NCBI GenBank assembly: GCA_001938485.1
Contig: MQRK01219232.1
Span: 1 to 64,000, forward strand
Length of the DNA: 64,000 nt
Source: Girardia tigrina
Taxonomy: Eukaryota
Direction: 5' to 3'
Shown here: piece after piece, positions 11,714-22,689 of the stretch
Layout of the letters: every line of letters starts with the position of its first letter
How positions within the stretch are numbered: the stretch's first letter is position 1
Position numbers and translations under genes: made by a program
The notes under the pieces: model-generated
What the model was told of the DNA's origin: nothing
Databases searched by the model: none
Seen by the model: the letters and a program-made list of their open reading frames with translations, nothing else

Positions 11714-14274
11714 TGTTGGAAGTTTGATACGTTTAATGCTGGGTATAATAAATTGAAGTGACGTTTAAAATAATTCTGTTCAAGCAAATATATAATTCTG
11801 AGTTAAATCAACTTTAATCGAAGGCTGCGTTGCTTGTTCGTAGCTCGAACCCAGCTCAATATTTGATACTGTAAATTTTATTTGCAATTGAGATCAAATA
11901 ACAAATACTATACAATTTTATATTTGATAATCACAAAAATTGTACATGGAACTTTGAAATGATGATTGAGGCTAAATAAAAATTTGTTTTGAACTTCTTT
12001 GAAGTTTTATATTTGATTTTTGCTTTGTATTTTATTTAAATTTGGTGTTTAAATTTTGTGCGTGTTTTCTAAATTTTTTGAGGGTATTTATACCCGATTT
12101 TTATTTTATTTAAAATAATAAAAATATAAAAAAATATTATTTAATTAAAAAAAATATTTAAAATTATTTTAAAACTTTTATTATTATTATTTTTTAAATA
12201 TTCGCAACATTTGTTACGAACAATCAAACAAATATTGTCTAATTAGTATAATTTCAAATCACCTTTTTTGAATATCAGCAACATTTGTTGCGAACTTATC
12301 ATGGATAAAAATAATTATTGTAGATGAAAAATAATTATATTCAGATGATTTATGCATTCCTTTGGGCGATGAAATGACACCGATTGGTGATACCGATCAC
12401 TCATCGCCCAAGAGGAAAATTTCGGATTTAATTTTCATTTTTTTTCTATTCTTTAAGGTAAGTAAGTTATTCTTTTTTTTAATAATAATTAATAGTAATA
12501 ATAATAATAATAATAATTTTAATAACAATAATAATTTAAATCCCAATCACAATAATAATAATAATAATAATAACAATCTACCACTACAATTTCCATAATT
12601 ATAATAATAATAACATAATAGTAATAATAGTATTAATAATAATAATATTAATTTTAATAATACAATTATAATAATATTTTATAAATAACTAATTGTAATA
12701 ATAATGATAATAATAATAATAATAATAGTAATAATATAACTTTTTATTTATATTTAATTATTTATTTATTTTTTTTAAAACACCACAATCCTTTGGCGAA
12801 CTTTTCCGCCCAAAGCAGGAGTACTCTCATAATGAATGGGTACCTGCGGAGGAAGGAAAAACTCGCCGTAAAGGAATAATATAATAATTTTAATTCAAAT
12901 TATAATAGTAATAATAATAATAAAATAAATAAAGATAAAACTAATAATATTATGAATGAATNNNNNNNNNNNNNNNNNNNNNNNNNNNNNNNNNNNNNNN
13001 NNNNNNNNNNNNNNNNNNNNNNNNNNNNNNNNNNNNNNNNNNNNNNNNNNNNNNNNNNNNNNNNNNNNNNNNNNNNNNNNNNNNNNNNNNNNNNNNNNNN
13101 NNNNNNNNNNNNNNNNNNNNNNNNNNNNNNNNNNNNNNNNNNNNNNNNNNNNNNNNNNNNNNNNNNNNNNNNNNNNNNNNNNNNNNNNNNNNNNNNNNNN
13201 NNNNNNNNNNNNNNNNNNNNNNNNNNNNNNNNNNNNNNNNNNNNNNNNNNNNNNNNNNNNNNNNNNNNNNNNNNNNNNNNNNNNNNNNNNNNNNNNNNNN
13301 NNNNNNNNNNNNNNNNNNNNNNNNNNNNNNNNNNNNNNNNNNNNNNNNNNNNNNNNNNNNNNNNNNNNNNNNNNNNNNNNNNNNNNNNNNNNNNNNNNNN
13401 NNNNNNNNNNNNNNNNNNNNNNNNNNNNNNNNNNNNNNNNNNNNNNNNNNNNNNNNNNNNNNNNNNNNNNNNNNNNNNNNNNNNNNNNNNNNNNNNNNNN
13501 NNNNNNNNNNNNNNNNNNNNNNNNNNNNNNNNNNNNNNNNNNNNNNNNNNNNNNNNNNNNNNNNNNNNNNNNNNNNNNNNNNNNNNNNNNNNNNNNNNNN
13601 NNNNNNNNNNNNNNNNNNNNNNNNNNNNNNNNNNNNNNNNNNNNNNNNNNNNNNNNNNNNNNNNNNNNNNNNNNNNNNNNNNNNNNNNNNNNNNNNNNNN
13701 NNNNNNNNNNNNNNNNNNNNNNNNNNNNNNNNNNNNNNNNNNNNNNNNNNNNNNNNNNNNNNNNNNNNNNNNNNNNNNNNNNNNNNNNNNNNNNNNNNNN
13801 NNNNNNNNNNNNNNNNNNNNNNNNNNNNNNNNNNNNNNNNNNNNNNNNNNNNNNNNNNNNNNNNNNNNNCAAAGAGTAAAATATTTATAATTTTTGATGA
13901 AGTAAAACAAATATTTATAATTTTAATTCCAAGTTTTGTTAGACTAAATATTATTTTATTTGAAATTAATAATTTTATTAAAAGAATTGTTTAAAAATTT
14001 TCCTTTATAAAATTTTATCAAAAGTGTTCACATGTATTTTTTCAGAACCCTAACATTCCTATATATTTCTTTATTGTTATTATCCCAATTAACCGCCTCG
14101 CGTCCCTGAGCAACGTGCCAAAAAAAGGGAAGGTTAAAATGGGATTATGCGTCCTGTTTATTAATTTATTTATTTGATTTATTTATTTATTTATTTTTAA
14201 ATTTATTTTTATTTAGGAGAGCGGAATACTAATTTTATATATTTTATTATTTTCCTATTTAGAGAATCCCAACA
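11714..14274. mobile_element. LTR-type insertion (probable solo LTR, spans an N-gap) with CTAC TSD
   Basis: CTAC|TGTTGG...CCAACA|CTAC has perfect terminal inverted ends and interrupts pol between protease and RT. A related copy starts at 63769. Confidence 0.88.
12480..12760. repeat. (AAT)n-rich low-complexity tract
   Basis: Visible aataataat runs. Confidence 0.9.
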
Positions 14275-14830
14275 CTACAATGAACGTTATGTTTCTTCGT
14301 TTTTCTTTAATTTCTACGTCCACTGAAATTTTACCCATACAATCCAGTTGACTACTGTTCGCACAGTTTAATTTAATATCTGCCTTTTCTAATTTTACTT
14401 TCGTTAGTTTCTCAAATATCTTTCTGTGGATTACATTTACTCTTGCACCTGTGTCTAATAAATAATCCTCCACGTTACCTTGTATCATCAACTTTATACT
14501 CGGCCGGCCTTGCATTCTATCATACAATATATTTTCTGCTTTCCTTTCATCTATTGACAAAATCCTGACATTTTCTTCTGTGTTCTCTTCTTCAATTGTT
14601 CCCACTAAACATCGTCCAAGCTTTTCCTCAAAAGTTTCTTTCTTTATAAATTTCCGTACTTCATCATTTACTCTTGCTTCACTTATCTCAACATTCCTTT
14701 CGTCGTCTATCACTACGTCTATAATATTTGATATATTACTTCTACTATAAATACCAATACTTTGGGAGTCGCTGGTATCCTTTAATTTATTGCCCCGACT
14801 GGCTCCACTTCTGTCGAGGTGTTGCCTTTT
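14275..14830 (-). pseudogene. Retroviral-type aspartic protease, start of pol
   Basis: YLLDTGARVNVI motif. The frame is open upstream and overlaps the gag end in the -1 frame. Confidence 0.9.
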
Positions 14831-15926
14831 GGATGTTCACTTCCTGTAACCGATTCTTCATATTCTTCTTCAATATTATTCACGAATCTTCGATTATCTC
14901 CTAGTCTTCTGTCTTCTCTCTCTCTATATCTTTGTTGATTGTAGCCCGATCCTCGATAGTTATTGCCACCTGTATTTTGCTGTCGTCTTCTGCCATTTAG
15001 GTTTGTATAGCATTCACGTTCACTGTGGCCTTTATCTTGACATCGTTTGCATTCGATGTTTGGACAGTTTCTTCTTACGTGTCCCTGTTGTTCAAACCCA
15101 TAAAATTTTATTGGTCTCCTTTCCGAACAGTTTCTTATTATGTGTCCTTCTTTTCCACATCCGAAACACTTGATTGGTTTTCTTTGTCTATACGTTTCAC
15201 TTGTGTGTCCTACTTTTTCACAATTACTACATTTGACTGTTTTTCTGCCTTGAGAGTATTCTGTATTCTTTCTACCAATGCCTGTCTGATTTTGTCCGTA
15301 TTTACTGTATCCTGTTACTACTCCACTTTAACTCCGGGTCTGTTTTGCATCCCCTGGTCTCTTACTACATTCACGTCTTCTGTAACACTTTTGACGTCAT
15401 GTACTGCCTTTATCTTTTCTTTTATCTCATCTATTCCTTTCACTTTGTTAAGTCTCCCTTCCTTTTTTATGTCCACATCATCACAACAATGTAACAATAA
15501 TGCTTCTGTGAGGGCCTCTTTTGACACGTCATGTTTCAAGATCTTGACTGCCAGCTTTTCTACTTTCTCAAAAAATACTTCCGGTATATCTTCCTCCATC
15601 CTGTACCGGCATGCCTCAGTCAGGTCTTCGAATAGTGAGGAAGTTCGAGCGAATGTCTTTCTCAATCGGTCTTTATAACCTACTATTGTCTTATCTACCA
15701 CATTGTATCGATCTTTCAGATCTCTGTCCAACAAACAAACGACTATTGTCTCTTGTTTGGCCTTCGCTATTCCTGCAAAATTAAAGAATGTTTCACATTC
15801 TTCAATAAATGTCTCCACATTTTCGCCTTTCCAGTACTTTTCAGGTAACAGTTGACTCGTGAAGATATTCATTGCAGCGTTAGTCGCCATGTGAGAGGTG
15901 GTTGCAACATCGATATTCGAGTTCAT
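14782..15926 (-). pseudogene. Gypsy gag with four CCHC zinc knuckles (some degenerate)
   Basis: ORF 15926-15318, then CSNCEKVGH, CFGCGKEGHIIRNC, FYGFEQQGHVRRNC and CKRCQDKGHSEREC. Confidence 0.85.
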
Positions 15927-16212
15927 TTTTTTAACACCAAAATTTATTTCTATAACAATTCACATATTTAAAACAAATTTTCCTGTTAATTTATTATCTC
16001 GCCACAGATTAATCTATTAAATTCTTTTCAATTCAATTGTTAAAATCCTGAAAATTTATTTCAAAAATTTATTTTAAAAATTATTAAAAATTTATTTTCA
16101 AAATTTATTTCAAAATTTATTTAAAATTGTTTATTAAAAATATTTTTATTTATAAATAAATATTTAAAATTTTATAGTTTTCTTAACATTTATAATTTTA
16201 AGATATTTAATA

Positions 16213-19200
16213 TGTTGCGGTCGAAAAACCTATTTACATTCTAGCATATTGACACAAACACGCAAAACACAACACCCAATAAACAGAAGAAAAAGAAAGA
16301 TAGCAAAATTTAATACATATATTCAAAAGATACCAGATAGATCATACCCCGATAAAAGTCATAACCAGATAAGTCCAGAGGCCACCTCGATGCCTTCATA
16401 GTCTGACGGAGCAGTGAGGACGTCACAGTGAAACTACAAACATAACCTAAAACAAATAGACGACATTAAATAAAAACACACCTGATAGAAGAAACCGAAC
16501 GAATATTCCCCTCGAGATAGAACATTGATAAGTGAATTCGTGACGATAAACCAACAGCTGGTCACATCACCCGGAGAAGAAGTGTAAACCCTGAAAGAAT
16601 AAAAAAATAATCAATAACTAGATCGAAAATGATGAAGCCTCTCACCGGAATACCCAGTAGAATTATGGGGTCAACCGACTCTCTCCGCGTAGCCCCTCAC
16701 ACGACGAGTCCCTGAGTGGAACTCGTGAGATGACGGCAGATCCCCGAAAGAAGTTATCAATCCTGAAAGAGTAATAATTAATTAAGAACCAGACAGAAAA
16801 TAACAAAGTTCCTTACCGAGGCACCCAACAGGATTAAGGAGTCAGCCGACCCTCTCCAAATAGATTCCTCTGAGTATAATCCATGAGCGAACCCCGTAGC
16901 ACAATGGGACATTCCCTAGCCCAGATATAGCCCCTGAAAGATCCAATAATTAATTAAGAAATATAGAGAATTAATTAAAATTACCATGAGTCAGCCGTGA
17001 CTCCAAAACAGGCATCAGGTGATGATTCCGTATGAATCACCGGTGAATAATCCGCGCGTGTGTCCTGGAAAATATTAACGTATGTGTCAACGAAATTCTA
17101 TAGTAAATCAAAAATTATTAAAAATTTTGGAATCACACGGACAAGCCTGACCAACCAGCATCGTAGAATTATGCAGACTTCTTGCTGGCACGAGGTAATT
17201 GGCCGAGAAGAGATAACAGAATAGTCCATCTACGGTATAAAAAGAGAATCATTTTTGCAATTAGCTCGCACATTTTGAGACAAAAAAAATTTACACTTAC
17301 GTGGTACGACGAGAAATCACATTACCAAAGAAACTTCGAACGAGAACAGTTATTCTACGAGCATCCCACAGACGAAAGGAACGACAAATTAATAGTGAAG
17401 ACCGGCGACCTCACCGAGCGGAAAATCAATTGACGAATTTACGACACCGAGGGAACAACCGAGAAAGACATTTCATGTAATCGACGTGTCAACAAGCGAA
17501 GAGGATGAGTAAATCGACAGACACTGTTTATTGAGACATTCTTCGGATCCCATCGAACTCCTGTTTATCTGTAAATATTTTTATTGTGGTCATTTATTTA
17601 TCATTGCTTAATTGATTAATCTGAATAAATGCGTTCTATGATGGTGATTTTCTTTTTTAAATATCAATAACCTGTAAATTCGAGTCTTGACCGTCTAGCG
17701 CCCCGATCTAGGCGGGTTTCTCCCCGGTCGTCGTCGCCGCCTCATGGTTTTCTCACGCAATTTCGTGTGGGATTCGGCGATCAGCCGTAAATGTCCTTCA
17801 ATTCAAATCCGTGTATCATGTTGGGGATCCAGAACAGCAAACTAAAACAAACAAAATTTCCCGAGAACTAAATTTTACTGATTAGTGGTTTTTACAGGAT
17901 TTTGTTACCAAATAGAATTTTTATAATAATTGATTTTATTGATTTTATCAGTAGAAATTATAAAAGAGAACTTTTATGATAATTAAATTAGTAAATTTTT
18001 TAAGTTAACAAATGCGTGGTCAGTGAATTTGAAGTTTTTTAGAAGCAATTACATAATTTTATAACTTTATTGAGTTAATTTTGATTGAGAGTTGGAATTC
18101 AATTTAGTTTAACCTGATTTTAAGCCCAATTGCGAATTTTAATGAAAAATCTCAGCCGACTAATATTTGGAATTTTATAATTTTAATTTTATAAAGAATT
18201 CATCAGTTTTATAATGCAATGATTTTATGAAATTATCAATTTTATAAGGAATTAATTTTATAAAGAATTCATTAGTCTTGTAATGAAATGATTTTACGAA
18301 ATTATCAATTTTATAAGGAATGATTATTAGAATTATTGAATAGATATTAGAAATTTGTAATGGATTTTATGATTTACGAGTTGTTAATGGGAGTTGTTAT
18401 GAATTGTAATTGGCTAAATTCGACATTATTGTCGAAAGAAATTTTAAATGCAGTTGAGAATTTTCTTTGAGGAAATCTTCTGACCATGATCTCACTCTTA
18501 AGAGTCGAAAATAGATATTGGCTTCCAAGGTTTAGTTTCTATCCTAATAGATTATCGATTAATGAACAATTGATAAGTTGGGGAAGTCTAAATTTGAATG
18601 AATCAATAACTGTAAATAAATAAGCATGTTGTTGGTAGGTCCATGCTACTCTAAGACAAATATACCGATGATATTTAAGTAATGATACTCTAATGATGGC
18701 CTTTTAGCGTTGCTAAGCGATCCTAAGGTGAATCGAGGGACGCCATCGAATAAAACGACAATGCAATAAAATTTAAGGATCGATATAATGAGTACCGTAT
18801 TTAATAATTTTCTTTAGAAATACATCAACACCACTAGTCCGCATGTACCCACCACACTACCGAAGTTCGACAAGATATACCACACAACAGTACAGGTACA
18901 ATGCCGCCAGTATGACGGTACACAAAAAAACGGCAGCGCGACAAACATAATAGTGACAGTAGATACGTAAAATCATTCCCTATCGATACTGACCCAGGTG
19001 GGGGGCCCATAGTCCATCCCATCTCGAAATGAACCCGAAGGCCCTTCGAGCTCGGCACTGCCAGTCAAATGTCGAGTAAGAAGAGGCGTCCGACCCTATT
19101 ATTGACAAATATACTAAACAGTAAAAAACTTCTTAAAATGACATTGGATTGTGGTTGACTCTTAACAATCACTGGTGGCTCTTGTGCTTGCAAAAATGTT

Positions 19201-19222
19201 TTCAATCGAGAGGGTCGTGACA
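16213..19222 (-). mobile_element. 3.0-kb solo LTR with AATA TSD and an internal multi-intron unit
   Basis: AATA|TGTTGCGG...GTCGTGACA|AATA, with similar AT-rich sequence on both flanks. Confidence 0.75.
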
Positions 19223-19582
19223 AATAGATACATTAAAAGATATTTTTTATTTTTAAATAGATATTTAATTTTTTATGATTTTCTTTTATTATATCATTTT
19301 TAATTTTTTAAAATATTTAAAAACACATTAAAAAATATTTTATTTTAGAAACGTTTTTGATTTTTTAATATTTGTTTTATTATATCATTTTTAATTTTAA
19401 AATATTGAATAAGCACAGTAACATTAAAATATTTTACCCTATAAAATAAAAAATAATAAATTATTCAGGCAAGATAAAAATTTAAATTAACCCCTCATAA
19501 CCATGATGAATGCCGGATTAATCGGACTCACGGAGTCATTTCTAAGTAAGCGAAGAGTTTTATCAGTTAGCACCGAAGTCGT

Positions 19583-19809
19583 GGGGAAAAGGAAAGTCAT
19601 AAAGGCTGGCCTCCGACATTGTTTCGGGCCAGACTGAGAGGTACTCGTTAATGCATAACCAATTTGTTCTTTGTAAATAGTGTGTAAATAATGATTGGGT
19701 CTATCCCCTTCGTTCGTGTTTATTTTATTATTTGATGTTATTTTAATTTTTCGACTTTATTTTTATTACAATTTGTTTTCTCCTTTAATTATTTATGACT
19801 GGTGACCGT
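19583..19809 (+). mobile_element. Short LTR (19595-19800, AGT...ACT ends) with upstream PPT and downstream PBS-like motif
   Basis: GGGGAAAAGGAA|AGTCATAAA...TTTATGACT, a 9-nt perfect inverted end, overlapping TGGTGACCGT. Confidence 0.55.
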
Positions 19810-21091
19810 AAAGATAAAGGACGTTGTTAAATATATGTGATCAAGTTTAACTTCAAGTTTTGGTTGAGCATAATAAGTGATGAATTTAATAATTAAATTT
19901 GCTAATGAAGAAATTTTGATAGTTCGTTCTATTATATCTCTGATCCTGTTTTAGTAAAAATTTTCTTTTGAGAAATTGTTATCCTATTTAATAAATATCG
20001 TAATCGTCATTTAATAAATTTCGTTTATAGATTTCTTTTATGGAATTCATTTGATAAACCTCTCTTGTTTTGTAAATAAACTTTTCAATGAGATGAAGCA
20101 ATTAACTTGATTGTCTGATCAAAATTGGGTGTTCAATGAAATTGTGTTAATGGTATTTGAATTTAATCCTTTGTAAGAACGCAGGTGCAACTATTGGCTC
20201 GTTATTCGAACTAATTTGTTCAAGCGACTCCATATAAGTTTCTAACAATCTCTCTGACCTAGCTTTGTCGATAGGCTTCAAGGCCATGGAATGACAGAAT
20301 TTAGAGGAATCTCCTCTCAATAGTCAATTTTGAATTATTATCTCACAATTTGCGAATTCATCAAATAAATGAGCATGGTTAGATATAAAGTATAAGCAAA
20401 TTAAAGGTAGTCAAGTAGAGTAAAGCCTTGTCACATGCAGCCAAGTTAACCAAGAACAACATGAAATGAGTTTCCGTTATGAACCTTAATTGAATCTATG
20501 TTTAGAGCGAAGAACCTTTTGGAGACGGTGCCGGTTAACCAAAGAATGCATATGGGCACGTGGTTCAACCGTAGCTTGTTTCTTTGGGGTTCCCTTCGTT
20601 CCTTGTATTCTAAAATGATGAGTTGTATCAGCTGAAAGTAATAATATCTACCTCTCAGTATCTGAGCTACCAGTTGGGCCATACTCGGTACTGGTAGAGA
20701 ACCCGAATGTACACACAACGTGTTGATGTGAGCAAAGGAGATGCGTCTGTTCCTCGAGAGGATATAGTTTAGTGAATCTTGTGGTAGAGTCGCCGTTGAA
20801 CTCTACTTGTTACTAGAGCAGTTGATCGTACGGTCCATCGTGGAACATGATTGTCGGAAGCTCTTTATGTGTGGTCCACAACTGATCCACCAATAGTTCA
20901 GCTGTGAGATGGTGGGATCGTGTGTGTTAACTTCTGACAGGCCTCAGGCGGAAATCCATTTATTCGAGTCATGTGCGCGCTGAGCCGTACTCATCAGGAA
21001 AGAAAAACGTGTCTGGCAGTGACAACGTATGCAGTCCAGCAGGTGTTGGCGTTTGTGATGGCCCTATGTCGACCGAGAAGTCAGAGACGTC

Positions 21092-21315
21092 ATCTGGATC
21101 CCCCAACATAAAAGATGTGGCAATCGAGAGCGGTGTCGGTCAAGATGCCATATTCTCGGAGTAAAAGATTAAGATGTAGTGATTTAAACCCATGATACAA
21201 CATTATTGGGGGCCCTGTGCAGTCGATAAAGGGTTTTAATTAAGTCGCCCATGCGGTCATAGGTTGAGACTCGACTTGTCGTAATGACATCCCCTTTGAT
21301 GAATACGGTGATGCT
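21092..21315 (-). pseudogene. Ubiquitin-like domain ending in diglycine (one frameshift), within a longer decayed ORF
   Basis: ITVFIKGDVITTSRVSTYDRMGDLIKTLYRLHR/PIMLYHGFKSLHLNLLLREYGILTDTALDCHIFYVGG aligns by eye with the ubiquitin pattern (L.DYNI...TLHL..RGG). Confidence 0.55.
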
Positions 21316-22689
21316 TTTGAACGATTGGTTCGGTGTGCCTATTCCACAGAGTGTCTATAAATTGTCGTGGAGCGGTGTGCATAAGAACCTGTAAAGATGG
21401 TGGTAGATAGAAGAAATAATGTTTATTGTGATGCGTGTGGGACAATTATTGTGTTTTTAAATCAGAACAGCTGCCATTTGACAAATAGTAAATTACCGTC
21501 GTCTGATCAGTGATACATTTCTCAGTCGTTTGCCCATCCTCTGAAAGTCGGCCGGATCTTCCAATAGCCCTCAGACAGTGAGCGCATGCCGGTCCGCTCG
21601 TCATTTTCGGCCGTTTTCAGAACATGTGCAAACTTGAAAGATTAAAAGAAAATGACACGATCAAGTATCGACTGAAATCCAGGACGAGAACGACTTTTGA
21701 GTCGGTGATAAAATAATATTTATTTCCAAAAGAAATAACGAACATGTTTGTTTATTTATTAATTCAAATTTTACACTTATTAGTGTGACCTTGTTTGTTG
21801 TTAATGCCAATTTTAACTTTCTTGGCCATCTCTCGCTCTCCGACATCTTGGAGCCACCACCTCCAACCATAATTTATGACCCTAAAGAGGACCGTCGGGC
21901 GTTCGCTGTGGCCTTCAATAAATCGTGTCCCGACAACCATTACGTAGATCAAACCAGAAACACTCTTGAAACCACCTTTTTTCTTGATACCACACTAAGA
22001 TATTATGTAAAGGGAGTCGTAGAGTTAATATTTTAAACATAATCACGAAACAATATTGTTCAGTTGTCTGAATGTTTAAATTAATTCTTATGTAGGTAAA
22101 TCAATTTCCATGTAAAGATCCTTTGTATTAATAAATTTGAAAATCTCATTATTTGACTCCTAAAATTACCATAGATTTAAAGGTTATGACTAACAACCTT
22201 AATGTTTTTATTATAAAATGTAAAAATTGATTGTTTTTCAGGTTTTCAATTCTTATTGCCAGTTTTTATTTACTTTTTACAAATCATATCTGATCAATAA
22301 TAAATAAAACGAAAAAAAAACACGTAAAAAGATCCAAACGTTTTTTATCAATAGTTTCTGAAATTAAAAATTCTACTACTGCAAAAAATACCCTGAAACT
22401 ATCTCAATTTCACAGATTTGTTTTACTGAATAACTTTAATTTACTTTTTAAATTAATAAATTCATATTTCACAAGTGTTTTGGAAATCATTATTTCTCAT
22501 TTGTGATATAAAGAAACAAGAACATATTTTTATCCGTTTTGAAAATTAAGAAAAGAAAAAAATCGTATGAAAAGTATTTAATATATGTTTTTTTTATTTT
22601 GTTTGTTTTTATTTTTTTTTCAATTGGTATTTTTGAAATTAGTTTTGACGAAAGAAACTAAAAGTAACACACCGTAAATTAAAACTCAA

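Larger units (their letters stand above)
116..15926 (-). mobile_element. Decayed Ty3/Gypsy LTR retrotransposon internal region (host element), fragmented by nested insertions
   Basis: Colinear gag (15926-14782), protease (14713-14275), RT (11713-10797) and integrase (7554-6652, continuing 203-116). The reading frames rejoin across the TSDs: FIV|VNEVKPD and RER|WHSQDIK. Confidence 0.92.

Noticed and set aside
14083-14145. Twister-ribozyme-like words (TAA..GC..GTCCCTGAGC..GGGAAGG)
   Set aside because: P2 and P4 are too weak, and the second copy at 63890 keeps only the simple hairpin.
15025-15678. 217-aa plus-strand ORF and similar antisense ORFs (2287, 3102, 11209, 50494, 57416)
   Set aside because: Shadow frames opposite genuine coding remnants.
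19630-19660. Possible hammerhead (retrozyme) in the short LTR
   Set aside because: CTGAGAG lacks the CUGANGA spacing and there is no GAAA.
21785-22036. 83-aa protein-like plus-strand ORF
   Set aside because: No recognisable motif, and I could not link it to an upstream exon in a consistent phase.
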